Shown: positions 10,365-21,068, numbered from the stretch's first letter. The stretch: DNA of 64,000 nt from a virus (IMGVR_UViG_3300030372_003714:1-64000); one strand, 5' to 3'. Program-made: numbers and translations. The notes: generated from the letters alone by a model not told the origin.

Positions 10365-13300
10365 TTAACGATAAGAAGGTCTAAAAAATGTTTTAAAATA
10401 GTGTAAAACAAACTTTATATTCCTTGGTTCACCTACTTCTGTGTTATAATTATTATATATTAAATCAATAAGCATATACTTATCTCTAAGTCTATCTTTA
10501 TGTTGTCTAGATGCATCATAATTAAATACATTAAATATATCTGCATCTTGAATATTTTCATCCATTACATTTCTTGGAACAGCCATTTGCCATTCTCTTT
10601 CTTTCTTTTTGATATTAGTCCCTGGAGTTACATCTATATAGTCAGTTATTTGATAATCAGTATAAAATCTAATCTTATCAAAAGTATTATCTTTTATATC
10701 TATAGGTTTAATATTAGGATTACCTGAATATAATCCTGTTATTCTATTTGCACCAAAAAGTGATTGATTGCCTATAGCACTCTCTGCTCTCCCCACTTCC
10801 CATAAACTTTCCATATGGAATGATACATTATCAAAAACTTTTGTTGCTGCTGATTCTAAATTAGAAATAAGAGTAACACTACTTGGGTAAATAACATCAT
10901 AGAATTTGCCATATGCTCCTACATTATGTAAGTATAATTGATTCTCTTTCCATCCCGGAATATCTATATCTGACTCACATACATTTTGTGTATTTGGAGT
11001 TATCATAAATTGTGGAGTTGTAATATAAATAGATGGAGTAAAATCATAAAATGAAGTAAATCCTTGAATTAACTCATTATATGCTATAGTAGTACTTTTA
11101 GTTCCTATACCACATTCCATATTGGCTATTTGCATAGTTCCTTGCATAGCCCATAGATCATCAAATGTTACATTGTCTGGTTGAAAACCTGGATTAGTAT
11201 TCCAACCTTCTGGTATCCATAATAAAAGATCTCCTGCTTGCCAGTTAAAAGTATTAGGATTAGGAGTAGGGAAGTTTGGACATCCTACTTTACCTACTAT
11301 AACTCCCATAAATGGGCCTTTACCATTAACTAATATATTATTAACTACAATAAAATCAAAACTAGCTAAATCTCCAAAAGCAAACTCTTCGCAATCTGTA
11401 TTAAAGCAAGGATTACAAGCTCCTCCTGGTACGTTACGTAAAACAAGTCCAACAATTCTATTAGGTGTAACTCCTGTAAGATCCTCTTGTATAATTGTTT
11501 GATCATATTTTCTTGTATATCCTGCATCATGGAATGTAAATAAAGCTTCACTATTACCTGGATCATAAGTTGAGCTTATTCCTTTTTTCATAATAGGATT
11601 ATCATTAGTTAAAACATCACCTCGCAATTCATCTGTAAAGAATGAATGTAATCCTGTTATATCAGATAATGGAGTAGTACCTTTACTACTATAATTAAAT
11701 AATTTTCTTGCTTTTATATCAAAAAAGTAAATAGCGTTATCTGATTTTGTCACAGCCCATTGTTGACTTGATCCAAACTGAGTTGATATATATTGATACG
11801 ACTGTATAAATGCTCCAGCACCAGAACTTATAGTTCCTAACTGTAAAGCTGTTCCATCAGCTGCTTGGACCATCGCTGTTGGATTAACAGATAAAGCCCC
11901 AAATCCAGTATCTTGGAAATAATACATTGTATCATGCAGTGTTACAAGTTTATTAATAGGTCCATAAACACCTTCTACATCTTTATAATTATCTATTAAA
12001 AAGACTGACCATGAATCACTAGGTTCACCATTAATTTTTGTTTGAGAATAATATATTCTTGTATCAAACTCATCTCCTCTAGAAAAAGATAAAGGTAATG
12101 GGAAGTATGTTCTAACATTATTCTGAGCATTGTATGCTTCATTTAATAAATACTCATCATGTAAACTGATTCCTGTATTAGGATAACTTCCTGAGTTTGT
12201 TGCTTTTGCAGAAAAATGATACCCATGTCTCCATAAAATGTTTTTATAATGACATTCTAATGGAACCATACAGGCTCTCATAGATCCCCAATCTGCATCT
12301 TCAGGAGCTCCTGACCCTCCAGATGCTGTTATACTATCATAGTTATCAAAATCTGTTTGTCCCCAATTCTTTTCAAATTGTGTATAATCAAATATCTGAC
12401 ATTGTACATCCCCTCCAAATACTGAGTTTATAAAAGGAGCGTTTAGATTTGAAGATGAATTAATAGGAACATAATGACCAGTTGACATATATTCACTATA
12501 TGTTCTTGCTGCATATGTAGGGCCTCCATAAGGAGTATTATATCTTTCATAACTAAAAGTACTTCTTGTAGGAACTGCTTGGAACTGAGCTGGTGTTGGA
12601 TTAATTTGAACAGATGTAGTAACAGAAGCTCCCATAATATGATCTGCTCCAGTCCATTCTTTCCCATCTTCTTCAAATCTTAAAAATAAAGTTTCACTTC
12701 CTATAGACATTGGTCTATTCCACATCCACGTATAAGAAAGAGAATTAGGAAAGTTCATAACATCCATTAATCCCGCCCATGCAGGATTAGTTACATTCAT
12801 AAATGGCCATTGAAGACTAGGTACAGAAGTGTTTTCTATATAACCACCATCTGGAACCCAAGTACCCCATTCTAATGAATACCTATTATTTGCTGGGTCC
12901 ATACCATTATTATTTGCTATTACTCCATTAGAATAATCTATTTGAGTACTTTGAACTGAACCAAATATACCTCCTACTAAGTTTACACCTACATAATACT
13001 TATACCAATGATTAGCTCTTTTTTGATAATATCCGTTTGGTAAACCGGCTCCTGTGCTCGTTGGTGCAAAATTATTTAGACCCATAGTAGCATTAAAGTG
13101 AGGAAAATAAACTTGATCTATTTTAATGTAATCTCCCTTCTTTATAGGGAAAGTTGTTTCTAGTCCTTCATTTAAATTACCTTCTTCGGTCAGATCACTG
13201 TTATGCCATCCTAAAGCACCATATAATAATAACTCTGTTTTACGTGTTTTACAAACCCAATACGGGTTATCATTCATAGCTATTACGTTCCAAGTTGCGT

Positions 13301-15965
13301 CGTTCCAGGCAGGCATATCACATGTATCACCACCGCCAGGACCACCATCACAATAACTAAGCCCATTTCCTCCGCAAGGAAGAGCAAGATTACCTGTAGA
13401 TGGAATTAAAACACTTTGTTTATTATCTACTCTCCATGAATAATTTGCAGGAGGAGATAAACTATTCCATTTACTACCTCTCATATCTAACCTATCTACA
13501 GTATGGGCAAGTGCAGTACCAAATCTAGATTTATCTTTTTCTTTTCTATCGCATCTAACAATAGAATAACCTGTAATACCAGCCAACACTTCTGGAGCTA
13601 TATTTGATAAATCTACAGTAAACTGTATACCGATTTGATTTAAACGTATTTGTCCCTCTGGTTGATAACTTTGAGCAGTATTAGCATTATCTGTATAAAG
13701 ACTATAAGTAGGACTAGTAAAATCAGGTACCCAATTTGATACAGCAAATGTACCAAGAGGTGTTCCAAGTCCTGAAGAATAGCTAAAAGGTATTCTTATA
13801 TCTCCTATCCAGTTTACAAAACTTGCTTGTCCTTTATTATTATAGAATACAATACCAAATCTATATACTTCTCCTCGAGCGTAACTACCATATAAACTCC
13901 ATTTGTATGGAGACTTCATAGTATTAAAACTACTATTCATTTCATAGTTTTGTACTGCTATACCTAAATTTTCAGTACCTGTTAAAAATGCTGGTAATAT
14001 TGTTAAAGCTCCGCCAAAAGCTGCAGGATTTATAAAACAAGCAACAGTTGGAGATGTATTGTATACATTACATGATAGATCTGTATAAAACGTTTGATAC
14101 GCATTATCTGTATTTGGCTGATCTCTTTGTGAGTCTCCTACATCTTGTTCAGTAACAAACTGATAAGAGACATTAACCCCTTCACCTCCTAATGTTACTC
14201 CATCAGATTGAAATTGATATTGATCGTTTGTAAACCAATTTGAATTTGTAGTAGGGTTTTCATCATTAAAAGGATTAATACAATCATGTGTTTCAGGAAC
14301 AAGATCAGGAGTGATAGTTCCTGGAGCTGGAATATTAGATACACTAATAGAAGCTTCAGATACAGAATCTAAATCAGCTACCTGCGCCGCATTAAATCTA
14401 TAAGCTCTTGCATCAAAGTCTACAATAAAAGTTGAATTTTCTATATTACCAAAAAATAATTTATTATCTTTTGTATCTAGTGTTTTTACTTTTTCAAATG
14501 TAGCTCCTAATCCTGTTATAAAATCTACAGCTGTTATAGGTATTTCAACTTCATTTCCTGTTAATGTAACTGTTAAATCAACTGATCCATTAATATATTC
14601 TCCAAATATAAAGATCTGATCATTAGCTGGAATATCATCTTTTTTATATACGGCAGCTACTTCAATTAATTCAAAAGATGTATCTAACCCATTGATTGTC
14701 CAATCAATACGTTTCGTAGTTTCTTTTCCTATAGTAGGAGTAACTGAAGTATCTAATGTGTCTCCTATAATTTCACAATATGGATTATCATCTAATGCGT
14801 CATATATTGGAACTAAATTAGATAATGGAGACCACTCTGTAGAGATACCTTCACTACTTTTATATCTATAAGTTAACTGATAAAGACCAGCATTAAGTGA
14901 ACCTCCAATAGTTATTCTGTCTAATACTGGAATAGAAAAACCAGTTTTAGGAGCTAAGTCTAAAAAGGCACACGGAGTAGACATACTAATACCACTAGCT
15001 ACATTTAATTTTCTTGGAGGGTTATAAAAATCTGTCCAATATACACTTTGAATATCTTTCTTTTCATATCTTCCTAAAGCTTCTATAGGATGCTGTTTAG
15101 TAAAATTCATACAATTATTTCTTGCATAAACGCATTCTATGTATGATGTAATACCTAATGGAGATTGGATTGAAGGGTTTACATATAGTCTCCAAATTTG
15201 TCCTGGACCACCATCTCCTTCAGTATTAGTAGTAAATAAATAAATCTGTTCTCTTAAACTTGCATATCCTATAATAGATAAAGAACTTTGAGGTACTGCT
15301 AGATTAGTTATTGTCATGAAATTAGCGCCTACTCCGGCTAATGTCATTACACTAAAAATAGGAGCTGATATTTGCTGTACTTGAGATCCGTTATAATTAG
15401 TACCACTATTAGGAAATACTTGAAAATCAGATTCTACAGGTTTACCCCATATAATTAATCTATTTGAAGATTCATCAAATATATAGAAAAACCCTTCAAG
15501 ACCATCGGGTTGGCTTGATGGAGGGATAGTGAAAGGAGGTGGACCAGGATTCGTTAGTGGTACACCATTTAAATCCCAAGTACCTAAAAGAGTATCTTCT
15601 AATGTAGAAGCTAAAGTTCGGATAGGATTACCTCCAGTTCCGGTTAAACTTATTTCAAAGGTTCCCCAAGTACCGGCATTAAAAAGAAGAGTAAACGCCC
15701 AAACTACACCATCTAGATCAAGATTAGGATTTAATCTTAGTTCCCATACAGCAGGAGAATCAGGAATATTTACTAAATGATCATTACCTTCAATATTAAC
15801 CAGTGCAGCTCCCTCCTGTCCCGAATTAGCTACAATCCTAATATTATTAGCATCATAATATTGATCAGCGGGCATAGCATATTTAGATATATCCTTATTC
15901 ATACCTTTATGAAAGGTATTTATACTAACTGGTATGCTTTGTCCTTTATTCTGTTCTTTTGCCAT
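10365..15965 (-). CDS. Tail muzzle/nozzle (stabilisation) protein
   Basis: N-terminal 'INTFHKGMNKDISKY...YYDANNIRI' and C-terminal 'LRDKYMLIDLIYNN' are typical of crAss-like muzzle / P22 gp10-like proteins; beta-rich; synteny fits. Confidence 0.75.
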   Translation of the reverse strand: MAKEQNKGQSIPVSINTFHKGMNKDISKYAMPADQYYDANNIRIVANSGQEGAALVNIEGNDHLVNIPDSPAVWELRLNPNLDLDGVVWAFTLLFNAGTWGTFEISLTGTGGNPIRTLASTLEDTLLGTWDLNGVPLTNPGPPPFTIPPSSQPDGLEGFFYIFDESSNRLIIWGKPVESDFQVFPNSGTNYNGSQVQQISAPIFSVMTLAGVGANFMTITNLAVPQSSLSIIGYASLREQIYLFTTNTEGDGGPGQIWRLYVNPSIQSPLGITSYIECVYARNNCMNFTKQHPIEALGRYEKKDIQSVYWTDFYNPPRKLNVASGISMSTPCAFLDLAPKTGFSIPVLDRITIGGSLNAGLYQLTYRYKSSEGISTEWSPLSNLVPIYDALDDNPYCEIIGDTLDTSVTPTIGKETTKRIDWTINGLDTSFELIEVAAVYKKDDIPANDQIFIFGEYINGSVDLTVTLTGNEVEIPITAVDFITGLGATFEKVKTLDTKDNKLFFGNIENSTFIVDFDARAYRFNAAQVADLDSVSEASISVSNIPAPGTITPDLVPETHDCINPFNDENPTTNSNWFTNDQYQFQSDGVTLGGEGVNVSYQFVTEQDVGDSQRDQPNTDNAYQTFYTDLSCNVYNTSPTVACFINPAAFGGALTILPAFLTGTENLGIAVQNYEMNSSFNTMKSPYKWSLYGSYARGEVYRFGIVFYNNKGQASFVNWIGDIRIPFSYSSGLGTPLGTFAVSNWVPDFTSPTYSLYTDNANTAQSYQPEGQIRLNQIGIQFTVDLSNIAPEVLAGITGYSIVRCDRKEKDKSRFGTALAHTVDRLDMRGSKWNSLSPPANYSWRVDNKQSVLIPSTGNLALPCGGNGLSYCDGGPGGGDTCDMPAWNDATWNVIAMNDNPYWVCKTRKTELLLYGALGWHNSDLTEEGNLNEGLETTFPIKKGDYIKIDQVYFPHFNATMGLNNFAPTSTGAGLPNGYYQKRANHWYKYYVGVNLVGGIFGSVQSTQIDYSNGVIANNNGMDPANNRYSLEWGTWVPDGGYIENTSVPSLQWPFMNVTNPAWAGLMDVMNFPNSLSYTWMWNRPMSIGSETLFLRFEEDGKEWTGADHIMGASVTTSVQINPTPAQFQAVPTRSTFSYERYNTPYGGPTYAARTYSEYMSTGHYVPINSSSNLNAPFINSVFGGDVQCQIFDYTQFEKNWGQTDFDNYDSITASGGSGAPEDADWGSMRACMVPLECHYKNILWRHGYHFSAKATNSGSYPNTGISLHDEYLLNEAYNAQNNVRTYFPLPLSFSRGDEFDTRIYYSQTKINGEPSDSWSVFLIDNYKDVEGVYGPINKLVTLHDTMYYFQDTGFGALSVNPTAMVQAADGTALQLGTISSGAGAFIQSYQYISTQFGSSQQWAVTKSDNAIYFFDIKARKLFNYSSKGTTPLSDITGLHSFFTDELRGDVLTNDNPIMKKGISSTYDPGNSEALFTFHDAGYTRKYDQTIIQEDLTGVTPNRIVGLVLRNVPGGACNPCFNTDCEEFAFGDLASFDFIVVNNILVNGKGPFMGVIVGKVGCPNFPTPNPNTFNWQAGDLLLWIPEGWNTNPGFQPDNVTFDDLWAMQGTMQIANMECGIGTKSTTIAYNELIQGFTSFYDFTPSIYITTPQFMITPNTQNVCESDIDIPGWKENQLYLHNVGAYGKFYDVIYPSSVTLISNLESAATKVFDNVSFHMESLWEVGRAESAIGNQSLFGANRITGLYSGNPNIKPIDIKDNTFDKIRFYTDYQITDYIDVTPGTNIKKKEREWQMAVPRNVMDENIQDADIFNVFNYDASRQHKDRLRDKYMLIDLIYNNYNTEVGEPRNIKFVLHYFKTFFRPSYR

Positions 15966-16726
15966 TAGCCCATCATTCTACGTTCTTGGTTTCCTAAGTC
16001 TGTATAAAAAGTGCCGTGCGCTGTTTGTGACGGTCTTAACTTCATCCATTGTAATCTAATATTATCTACCTTATCTAGATTAGGCATATTCGCAGCTCCT
16101 CTAGCTTGCTTAACATACCATTCCCAATCTCTCTGACTATCTCTATATAGATTTTCTGGAACAGAGCCTTTTCTCCATCCTATACGATCTATCATCATTG
16201 TTATATAAGATTTCATAGCCTTTTTGTAACTCACATGATCAGGTACCATTGGAAACCCTTCATGGTCTACTTTAATTCCTCGGAAAGCAAGTAGTAGACA
16301 TCCGCTAGCAAAAGACGTAATAATAAAATTATCGTTTGTATAATAGCAATCTCCTCCTCTGTTTTGACTAGATCCTTTTAATGGGAAATTTTCAGTATCT
16401 ACTAACTTACCATCAATAAAGTTTTGATTACTTGCTGGTGGTCCTGGATCAGTAGAGATAGCCCCAAAAGTTCCTGTACATTGCTTAAGAGGATTTCCAT
16501 TATAAGAAACAGAATCTAGTAAATGAAGATTACATGGTAACTTTGCTCTGTGCTCTTTAACACAGACTTCAGCTACAAGTTCTTCATACTGTAATCCTGC
16601 ACCTATTAATTCTAGAGCTTCTCCTCCCCATTCAATCACGTCCCAAATATCTAACTCTTCGTGGATAGCAGTATCTCTATAAACGCCTTCTATTATTTCT
16701 TTTATGGATGTAAATTTATATATCAT
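15965..16726 (-). CDS. Tail ring (tubular) protein
   Basis: MIYKFTSIKEII...VIEWGGEALELIG...HRAKLPCNL...DHEGFPMVPD, a crAss-like ring protein pattern directly upstream of the muzzle gene. Confidence 0.7.
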   Translation of the reverse strand: MIYKFTSIKEIIEGVYRDTAIHEELDIWDVIEWGGEALELIGAGLQYEELVAEVCVKEHRAKLPCNLHLLDSVSYNGNPLKQCTGTFGAISTDPGPPASNQNFIDGKLVDTENFPLKGSSQNRGGDCYYTNDNFIITSFASGCLLLAFRGIKVDHEGFPMVPDHVSYKKAMKSYITMMIDRIGWRKGSVPENLYRDSQRDWEWYVKQARGAANMPNLDKVDNIRLQWMKLRPSQTAHGTFYTDLGNQERRMMG

Positions 16727-17217
16727 TCAAAATAGTCTACTTGTTTATTTTTTAATAATCCTGCTAGTCGTCTTTTATTAGTTCGAGTAGCTTGGAAACT
16801 ATAAATAGTTTTATTCTTTACTATAGCTTTTTTCTTAGACCAAAACCAACGATAATTAAATCCGTCGGTATGATCATTAAGATGATAAATTACTTTACCA
16901 TGCTCATTTGTAGATTTCCAATCTATCTTTAACTTATTCTTACTAGAAGAATAATTCATTTCTTTTTTTAAGATTCTAAGACTTCCTAATCTATACGGCA
17001 TCTTAAACTCTTTAGCTTTTAATAATATTTCATCAATTATTAATTTATTAAACGCCTCACATATGCCGCGGTATTTTTTATACCCGACATTATAAAAGTC
17101 ATCATACTCTTTATAGGCTTGTACTAATGTACAACTAGCCTGCGGAGTTTTGTCTAGGAGCTGGCTGCATTTGCCCGCTATCTTCTTTTGCGTTGTTTTC
17201 TTCATCGCTTGGTGCAT
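16723..17217 (-). CDS. IHF/HU-like DNA-binding protein (crAss-like)
   Basis: KEFKMPYRLGSLRILKK...IDWKST...YHLNDHTDGFNYRWFW; conserved IHF-like gene between ring genes. True start uncertain because of an 83-nt overlap upstream. Confidence 0.65.
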   Translation of the reverse strand: MHQAMKKTTQKKIAGKCSQLLDKTPQASCTLVQAYKEYDDFYNVGYKKYRGICEAFNKLIIDEILLKAKEFKMPYRLGSLRILKKEMNYSSSKNKLKIDWKSTNEHGKVIYHLNDHTDGFNYRWFWSKKKAIVKNKTIYSFQATRTNKRRLAGLLKNKQVDYFE

Positions 17218-17863
17218 TTAAAATTATATTAACTCTTTTCTGAAGTATTATACTAGTAACCTGTTCGGCCATAGATAAAGAAATTGGAAAAGGGTATTCC
17301 CAGTCATATTCACAAGCTGAAAGGATTGGATTATGTGACGACGTGCAGTGGTTTATTTTCCAAACTTCCTCTGGATCTTCAAACACTCCGGTAACTTTTA
17401 CTGCTTCTATACGAATGTCGCAACTTACATATAAGTAGCCATTCTTTATATACCATCTTTGGTTGGAGCCGGTATATTTGTTATACTTATTCCATTTTCG
17501 GCGGGTATCCGTGGTTTCTGAGAAAGGTCTCATACCATCTAAAGATTCTACGGCTAATATACTATCTCTTCCGTTTCGCTGGATAGTCGTGGGAATAGGA
17601 TTTACAGATTTAAGAATATGAATACCAGACTCTAGCTCACAACATTCAGAAGCATCGGCTGGCTCAAGATAAACACAATTTAGATATTCTACACAAACGG
17701 CAGGTACTCTGACTTTCCTGCTCATCATTTGAGATAATAGCATAGAACGCTCTTGCTTTACCCAGTATGCAACTTGTCTAAAGCTTAAATCAGCGTCATC
17801 GGAGCTCTCTCCTCCGTATGCTATGTTTTGTATATCATATACTATTGTATTTAAATTTGTCAT
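17135..17863 (-). CDS. Tail ring protein
   Basis: MTNLNTIVYDI...DLSFRQVAYWVKQERSMLL...WYIKNGYLYV...VTGVFEDPEEV...FPIS pattern of crAss-like ring proteins. Confidence 0.7.
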   Translation of the reverse strand: MTNLNTIVYDIQNIAYGGESSDDADLSFRQVAYWVKQERSMLLSQMMSRKVRVPAVCVEYLNCVYLEPADASECCELESGIHILKSVNPIPTTIQRNGRDSILAVESLDGMRPFSETTDTRRKWNKYNKYTGSNQRWYIKNGYLYVSCDIRIEAVKVTGVFEDPEEVWKINHCTSSHNPILSACEYDWEYPFPISLSMAEQVTSIILQKRVNIILNAPSDEENNAKEDSGQMQPAPRQNSAG

Positions 17864-17867
17864 TATC

Positions 17868-19013
17868 TTATATATTTACTTGTAAATAACCTTCACAACC
17901 CTTTTCCTTATTCCATATATATGCTTGAGCACATCTTGATGCAGCATAGCCCATCAGTTTGTGCCAAGAATCGTTAGCGCATATTGAAGGAATAAATCTA
18001 ACTTTAATTCCTCTATATTCGTTAACCATTTCTTTATGTAAATGTCCGCAATGAACTTCTCTAAACTTAGTTCGTGCAAACATTACAGGCTGCTCAGTAG
18101 CCATTATTAGTGGCATCTCAGCAGCTTTCTCTTTATCCCCATGAGTAAACATAATCATGTTTGTTCCATATTCATAATACTTTCTACCTTCTGTACTATT
18201 GTCTATAGTAACATTCTTATCGTTTGTGTACCATGCAGACAAGACTTCTCCTGCATAGAACATTCTCTCATAGTCATGATTACCTTGGATTACAACAACA
18301 TCTACTGGAGCATACTGACTTAAATAATTTATAGCTTTTATTACAAGCTTAGTATATCCAACAAAAGATTGTTGCCAGTCCATTGAATCATCTTGAGGAG
18401 TACCTTTTGTAGTAGCCTTTCTCATTCCCTCAGAATTCATTCCGTCATTACCAATAGGTAATAAGAACCTTTCTATATTCAAACCTTCAGCTCTTCTATG
18501 TAATTCATAAATAGAATTTAAGAAATTAGCCTCAGCTTGTTCGGGTGTATCATCAGTCCTCTTACCATAATGAATATCTGGTAATGAGATCTCATATACA
18601 ATAGGACTCTCCTTTTTTATATCATACGATCTTTTTGGGATCGCAGGGGATATAGATTTTAAACTTTCAAAGAACTCATCTTTTACTTCTCTTATTGCTT
18701 GGCCTCCCTCTTTAGTTACTATAGAGTAACGAGTTTCTCCTTGCATTGTTTGCCAAATCTTTACAGATTTAACATCGGTTCTGTCTAGACCTTCTGCAGT
18801 TAATAGAGAATTAAAATCAGAATCATTAATATTTACATTGCTGTTATCTAATGTTCCTTCTTCGTATTCCCATCTAAACCCTCCGGCAGTCTTTCGATTA
18901 CCTTTTAAAACTTTGCAGATACTGCCTTTATCAATATCTGTTCTTTCCGACGCTTCAGTTAAACTTTTGTAACGTCCCACTAATTGACCTTCGTGCGTTA
19001 TTTGTAATATCAT
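17868..19013 (-). CDS. Calcineurin-like metallophosphoesterase with N-terminal NUMOD1 HTH domain
   Basis: Phosphoesterase motifs DIHYG, GND, GNHD, THGD, GHLH. N-terminus 'GQLVGRYKSLTEASERTDIDKGSICKVLKGNRKTAGGFRWEY' is NUMOD1-like. Confidence 0.85.
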   Translation of the reverse strand: MILQITHEGQLVGRYKSLTEASERTDIDKGSICKVLKGNRKTAGGFRWEYEEGTLDNSNVNINDSDFNSLLTAEGLDRTDVKSVKIWQTMQGETRYSIVTKEGGQAIREVKDEFFESLKSISPAIPKRSYDIKKESPIVYEISLPDIHYGKRTDDTPEQAEANFLNSIYELHRRAEGLNIERFLLPIGNDGMNSEGMRKATTKGTPQDDSMDWQQSFVGYTKLVIKAINYLSQYAPVDVVVIQGNHDYERMFYAGEVLSAWYTNDKNVTIDNSTEGRKYYEYGTNMIMFTHGDKEKAAEMPLIMATEQPVMFARTKFREVHCGHLHKEMVNEYRGIKVRFIPSICANDSWHKLMGYAASRCAQAYIWNKEKGCEGYLQVNI

Positions 19014-19016
19014 GCC

Positions 19017-19370
19017 TTATTTTCCTTTAGGAACACAAGCAGGACAATCCCAACCTTCTACCTTAGCAGCTAAACATTCACACAACTGTGCAAACTTAGC
19101 ATTCAAAGTTGCAATTTCAACTTCCTGTACATTGTTCTTAGTTAAGTTAGCATTAATACCTGTAGCATTCGTTGCTATATCAGTATCATTACTTGCTATG
19201 TTTGTAGTATTTGATGTAACTCTAGCTTCTAAAGCATCTAAATCAAAATTAGCTTCAAAGTTATTTTCGATAGTAGTTAACAATTCATTCCAATCCCATG
19301 TAGCATTTCTACCTGGATTGAAGCGAGTATTAACTGCTCCTCTTATTCTATATTTATCTAATACACCCAT
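19017..19370 (-). CDS. Hypothetical coiled-coil protein (possible virion fibre)
   Basis: Heptad-like 'LEARVTSNTTNIASNDTDIATNATGI' segment and Cys-rich C-terminus. Confidence 0.5.
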   Translation of the reverse strand: MGVLDKYRIRGAVNTRFNPGRNATWDWNELLTTIENNFEANFDLDALEARVTSNTTNIASNDTDIATNATGINANLTKNNVQEVEIATLNAKFAQLCECLAAKVEGWDCPACVPKGK

Positions 19371-19371
19371 T

Positions 19372-19938
19372 CTATTTATTTATTTTAAAATTATACATTA
19401 TTCCAATACTGTGTGTTTTATCAAGAACTCCATATCTATAAAAATATGAATTATTATTCTTTGTAGTAAAACCCACAATAGGAGAAAAGTTAAATCTATC
19501 AACGCTTCCTCCTACTTCCATGCCCGCATTCAAACTAAAATTAGTTTTTCTAATTGTAGTAGTTTGATTAGTATTTATAATTACTGTATCAGTTTGTATT
19601 ATATACTGAGGAAACCTCGGAATATAATCAAAAGACTGATCTAATACTTTACCTTTAACCCTGGTCCAAACCTCTCCCGTTATTAAACTATCACTAAACT
19701 CATTAACATATTCGTTAATACTGTCGTTTATTGTGATTGGTTCTTTTATCCTAACGATTACTTTGCGGATAACTGTATCAATAAATTGAACAGTATCCAC
19801 AACAGTAATCCTTGTCGTATCAGTTTGTACTTCTGTGGTTATTTCTTCAGTAACCCTAGGCGTGTCTGAACAATTCTGAAGGAACAGGATATATACAAAC
19901 AGCCCTAAAATAATATATATTTTAGGATCGTTCTTCAT
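19372..19938 (-). CDS. Putative spanin-like membrane protein
   Basis: N-terminal hydrophobic segment ending LQNC (possible lipobox), Thr/Asp-rich stalk, beta-rich C-terminus; adjacent to a holin-like gene. Confidence 0.45.
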   Translation of the reverse strand: MKNDPKIYIILGLFVYILFLQNCSDTPRVTEEITTEVQTDTTRITVVDTVQFIDTVIRKVIVRIKEPITINDSINEYVNEFSDSLITGEVWTRVKGKVLDQSFDYIPRFPQYIIQTDTVIINTNQTTTIRKTNFSLNAGMEVGGSVDRFNFSPIVGFTTKNNNSYFYRYGVLDKTHSIGIMYNFKINK

Positions 19939-20156
19939 TATTCCCAGAATAGTATTTTAGTTAGCACTCCCGCAAGCGCTATCCAAATAGACCAAAGTAC
20001 TTTTGTTGTTGATTTACGAAATGAAGTATTCCGATTTACACGTGCTGTAACTCCAACATCAGGATCTAATAATTTAGTTTTAATAAATCTAACATCTTCT
20101 TTAATATCCTGGATATTTTCATGTAGCTCTGTATTTGAAATTCTTCGTTTCGTCAT
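19938..20156 (-). CDS. Small membrane protein, putative holin
   Basis: Coiled-coil N-terminus and C-terminal TM segment (VLWSIWIALAGVLTKILFW). Confidence 0.45.
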   Translation of the reverse strand: MTKRRISNTELHENIQDIKEDVRFIKTKLLDPDVGVTARVNRNTSFRKSTTKVLWSIWIALAGVLTKILFWE

Positions 20157-20167
20157 TACTTTATGTT

Positions 20168-20593
20168 TTATTCAACAACAATTAATCCCAATAAAGGTTT
20201 CATTATATTTGCATCTAAATTCAAATCAGAAAGATCTGATAATTGAATAGGATACAAAGTTACTTCAACTTCTGTTTCAAGTGTAGCAGTCCAACTCTCA
20301 GTTGCTTTGTCGATATTATCTCCAAAGTCAATTTGATTGTTTTCTGTTCTAACTGGATTACCATGCTCATCTTTTGTAGCAAGATCTTCAGTTAATTTTT
20401 TATGCGCTGCATTAACAGTTTCTACATCTTTTGCTATACTATCTAAATTTTTTGTAATAGTATGCCATACTTTAGATTCCTTACTGTTAATGTAAGCTAA
20501 CCCTTGACTAATAGTTAACAGATCCTTATTTTTAAGTTTTGTTAGATCTGTATTAGTTGTAGTTTCCGCCTTTAGCGTTTTTACTTTACTCAT
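20168..20593 (-). CDS. Hypothetical protein, possible tail-fibre chaperone
   Basis: Helical 141-aa ORF downstream of the fibre and giant-protein genes; function inferred from position only. Confidence 0.4.
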   Translation of the reverse strand: MSKVKTLKAETTTNTDLTKLKNKDLLTISQGLAYINSKESKVWHTITKNLDSIAKDVETVNAAHKKLTEDLATKDEHGNPVRTENNQIDFGDNIDKATESWTATLETEVEVTLYPIQLSDLSDLNLDANIMKPLLGLIVVE

Positions 20594-20618
20594 GATTATT
20601 GTTTTAAATTAATATTAA

Positions 20619-20936
20619 TTACACACTAGGAGTTAATACGATATATAATTGACCTACTACTGCCGCTACTCCTAAATCACCAGCTGTTGAGATGCTTTTA
20701 TATTCAGCTTCTCCTGCTGCTGGTTTTACAATAACAACTATATCACCTACTTTAAGACTTGCAAAGTCTGTAGTTTGTGATACTGCTGTAGCAATTATTA
20801 AATCGCGTAACCCTATATTATTAAGTTCCGTAAGCTTCTTATTCATCATCTTAGTAGATACATACTTCTCAAAGAAAGATGCACCTAAAGATTTAACTTT
20901 AGAAAGCATAGAAACATCTGTTTTTTGTATTCCCAT
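20619..20936 (-). CDS. Hypothetical protein
   Basis: 105-aa ORF in operon orientation. Confidence 0.55.
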   Translation of the reverse strand: MGIQKTDVSMLSKVKSLGASFFEKYVSTKMMNKKLTELNNIGLRDLIIATAVSQTTDFASLKVGDIVVIVKPAAGEAEYKSISTAGDLGVAAVVGQLYIVLTPSV

Positions 20937-21064
20937 TAAACTATAGTTTTAAGTTTATTAAACATTCTTTTTATTTTCCCTTTTTTTAAATACTCCTGTG
21001 CCTGTTCATACGTCATATTCCTAGTCACATCCCAGTAGTATTTTGATTTTTTATTTTTAAACAT
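20936..21064 (-). CDS. Small basic hypothetical protein (42 aa, MFKNKKSKYYWDVTRNM...)
   Basis: Shorter version of the track ORF 20936..21121. The ATG at 21064 follows a promoter box and avoids overlap with the giant gene. Confidence 0.45.
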   Translation of the reverse strand: MFKNKKSKYYWDVTRNMTYEQAQEYLKKGKIKRMFNKLKTIV

Positions 21065-21068
21065 TCTG

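Noticed and set aside
5856-15968. Short track ORFs nested in or antisense to cargo and muzzle genes (5856, 10500, 11366, 12443, 15529, 15777)
   Set aside because: Alternative-frame artefacts with atypical composition inside well-supported genes.
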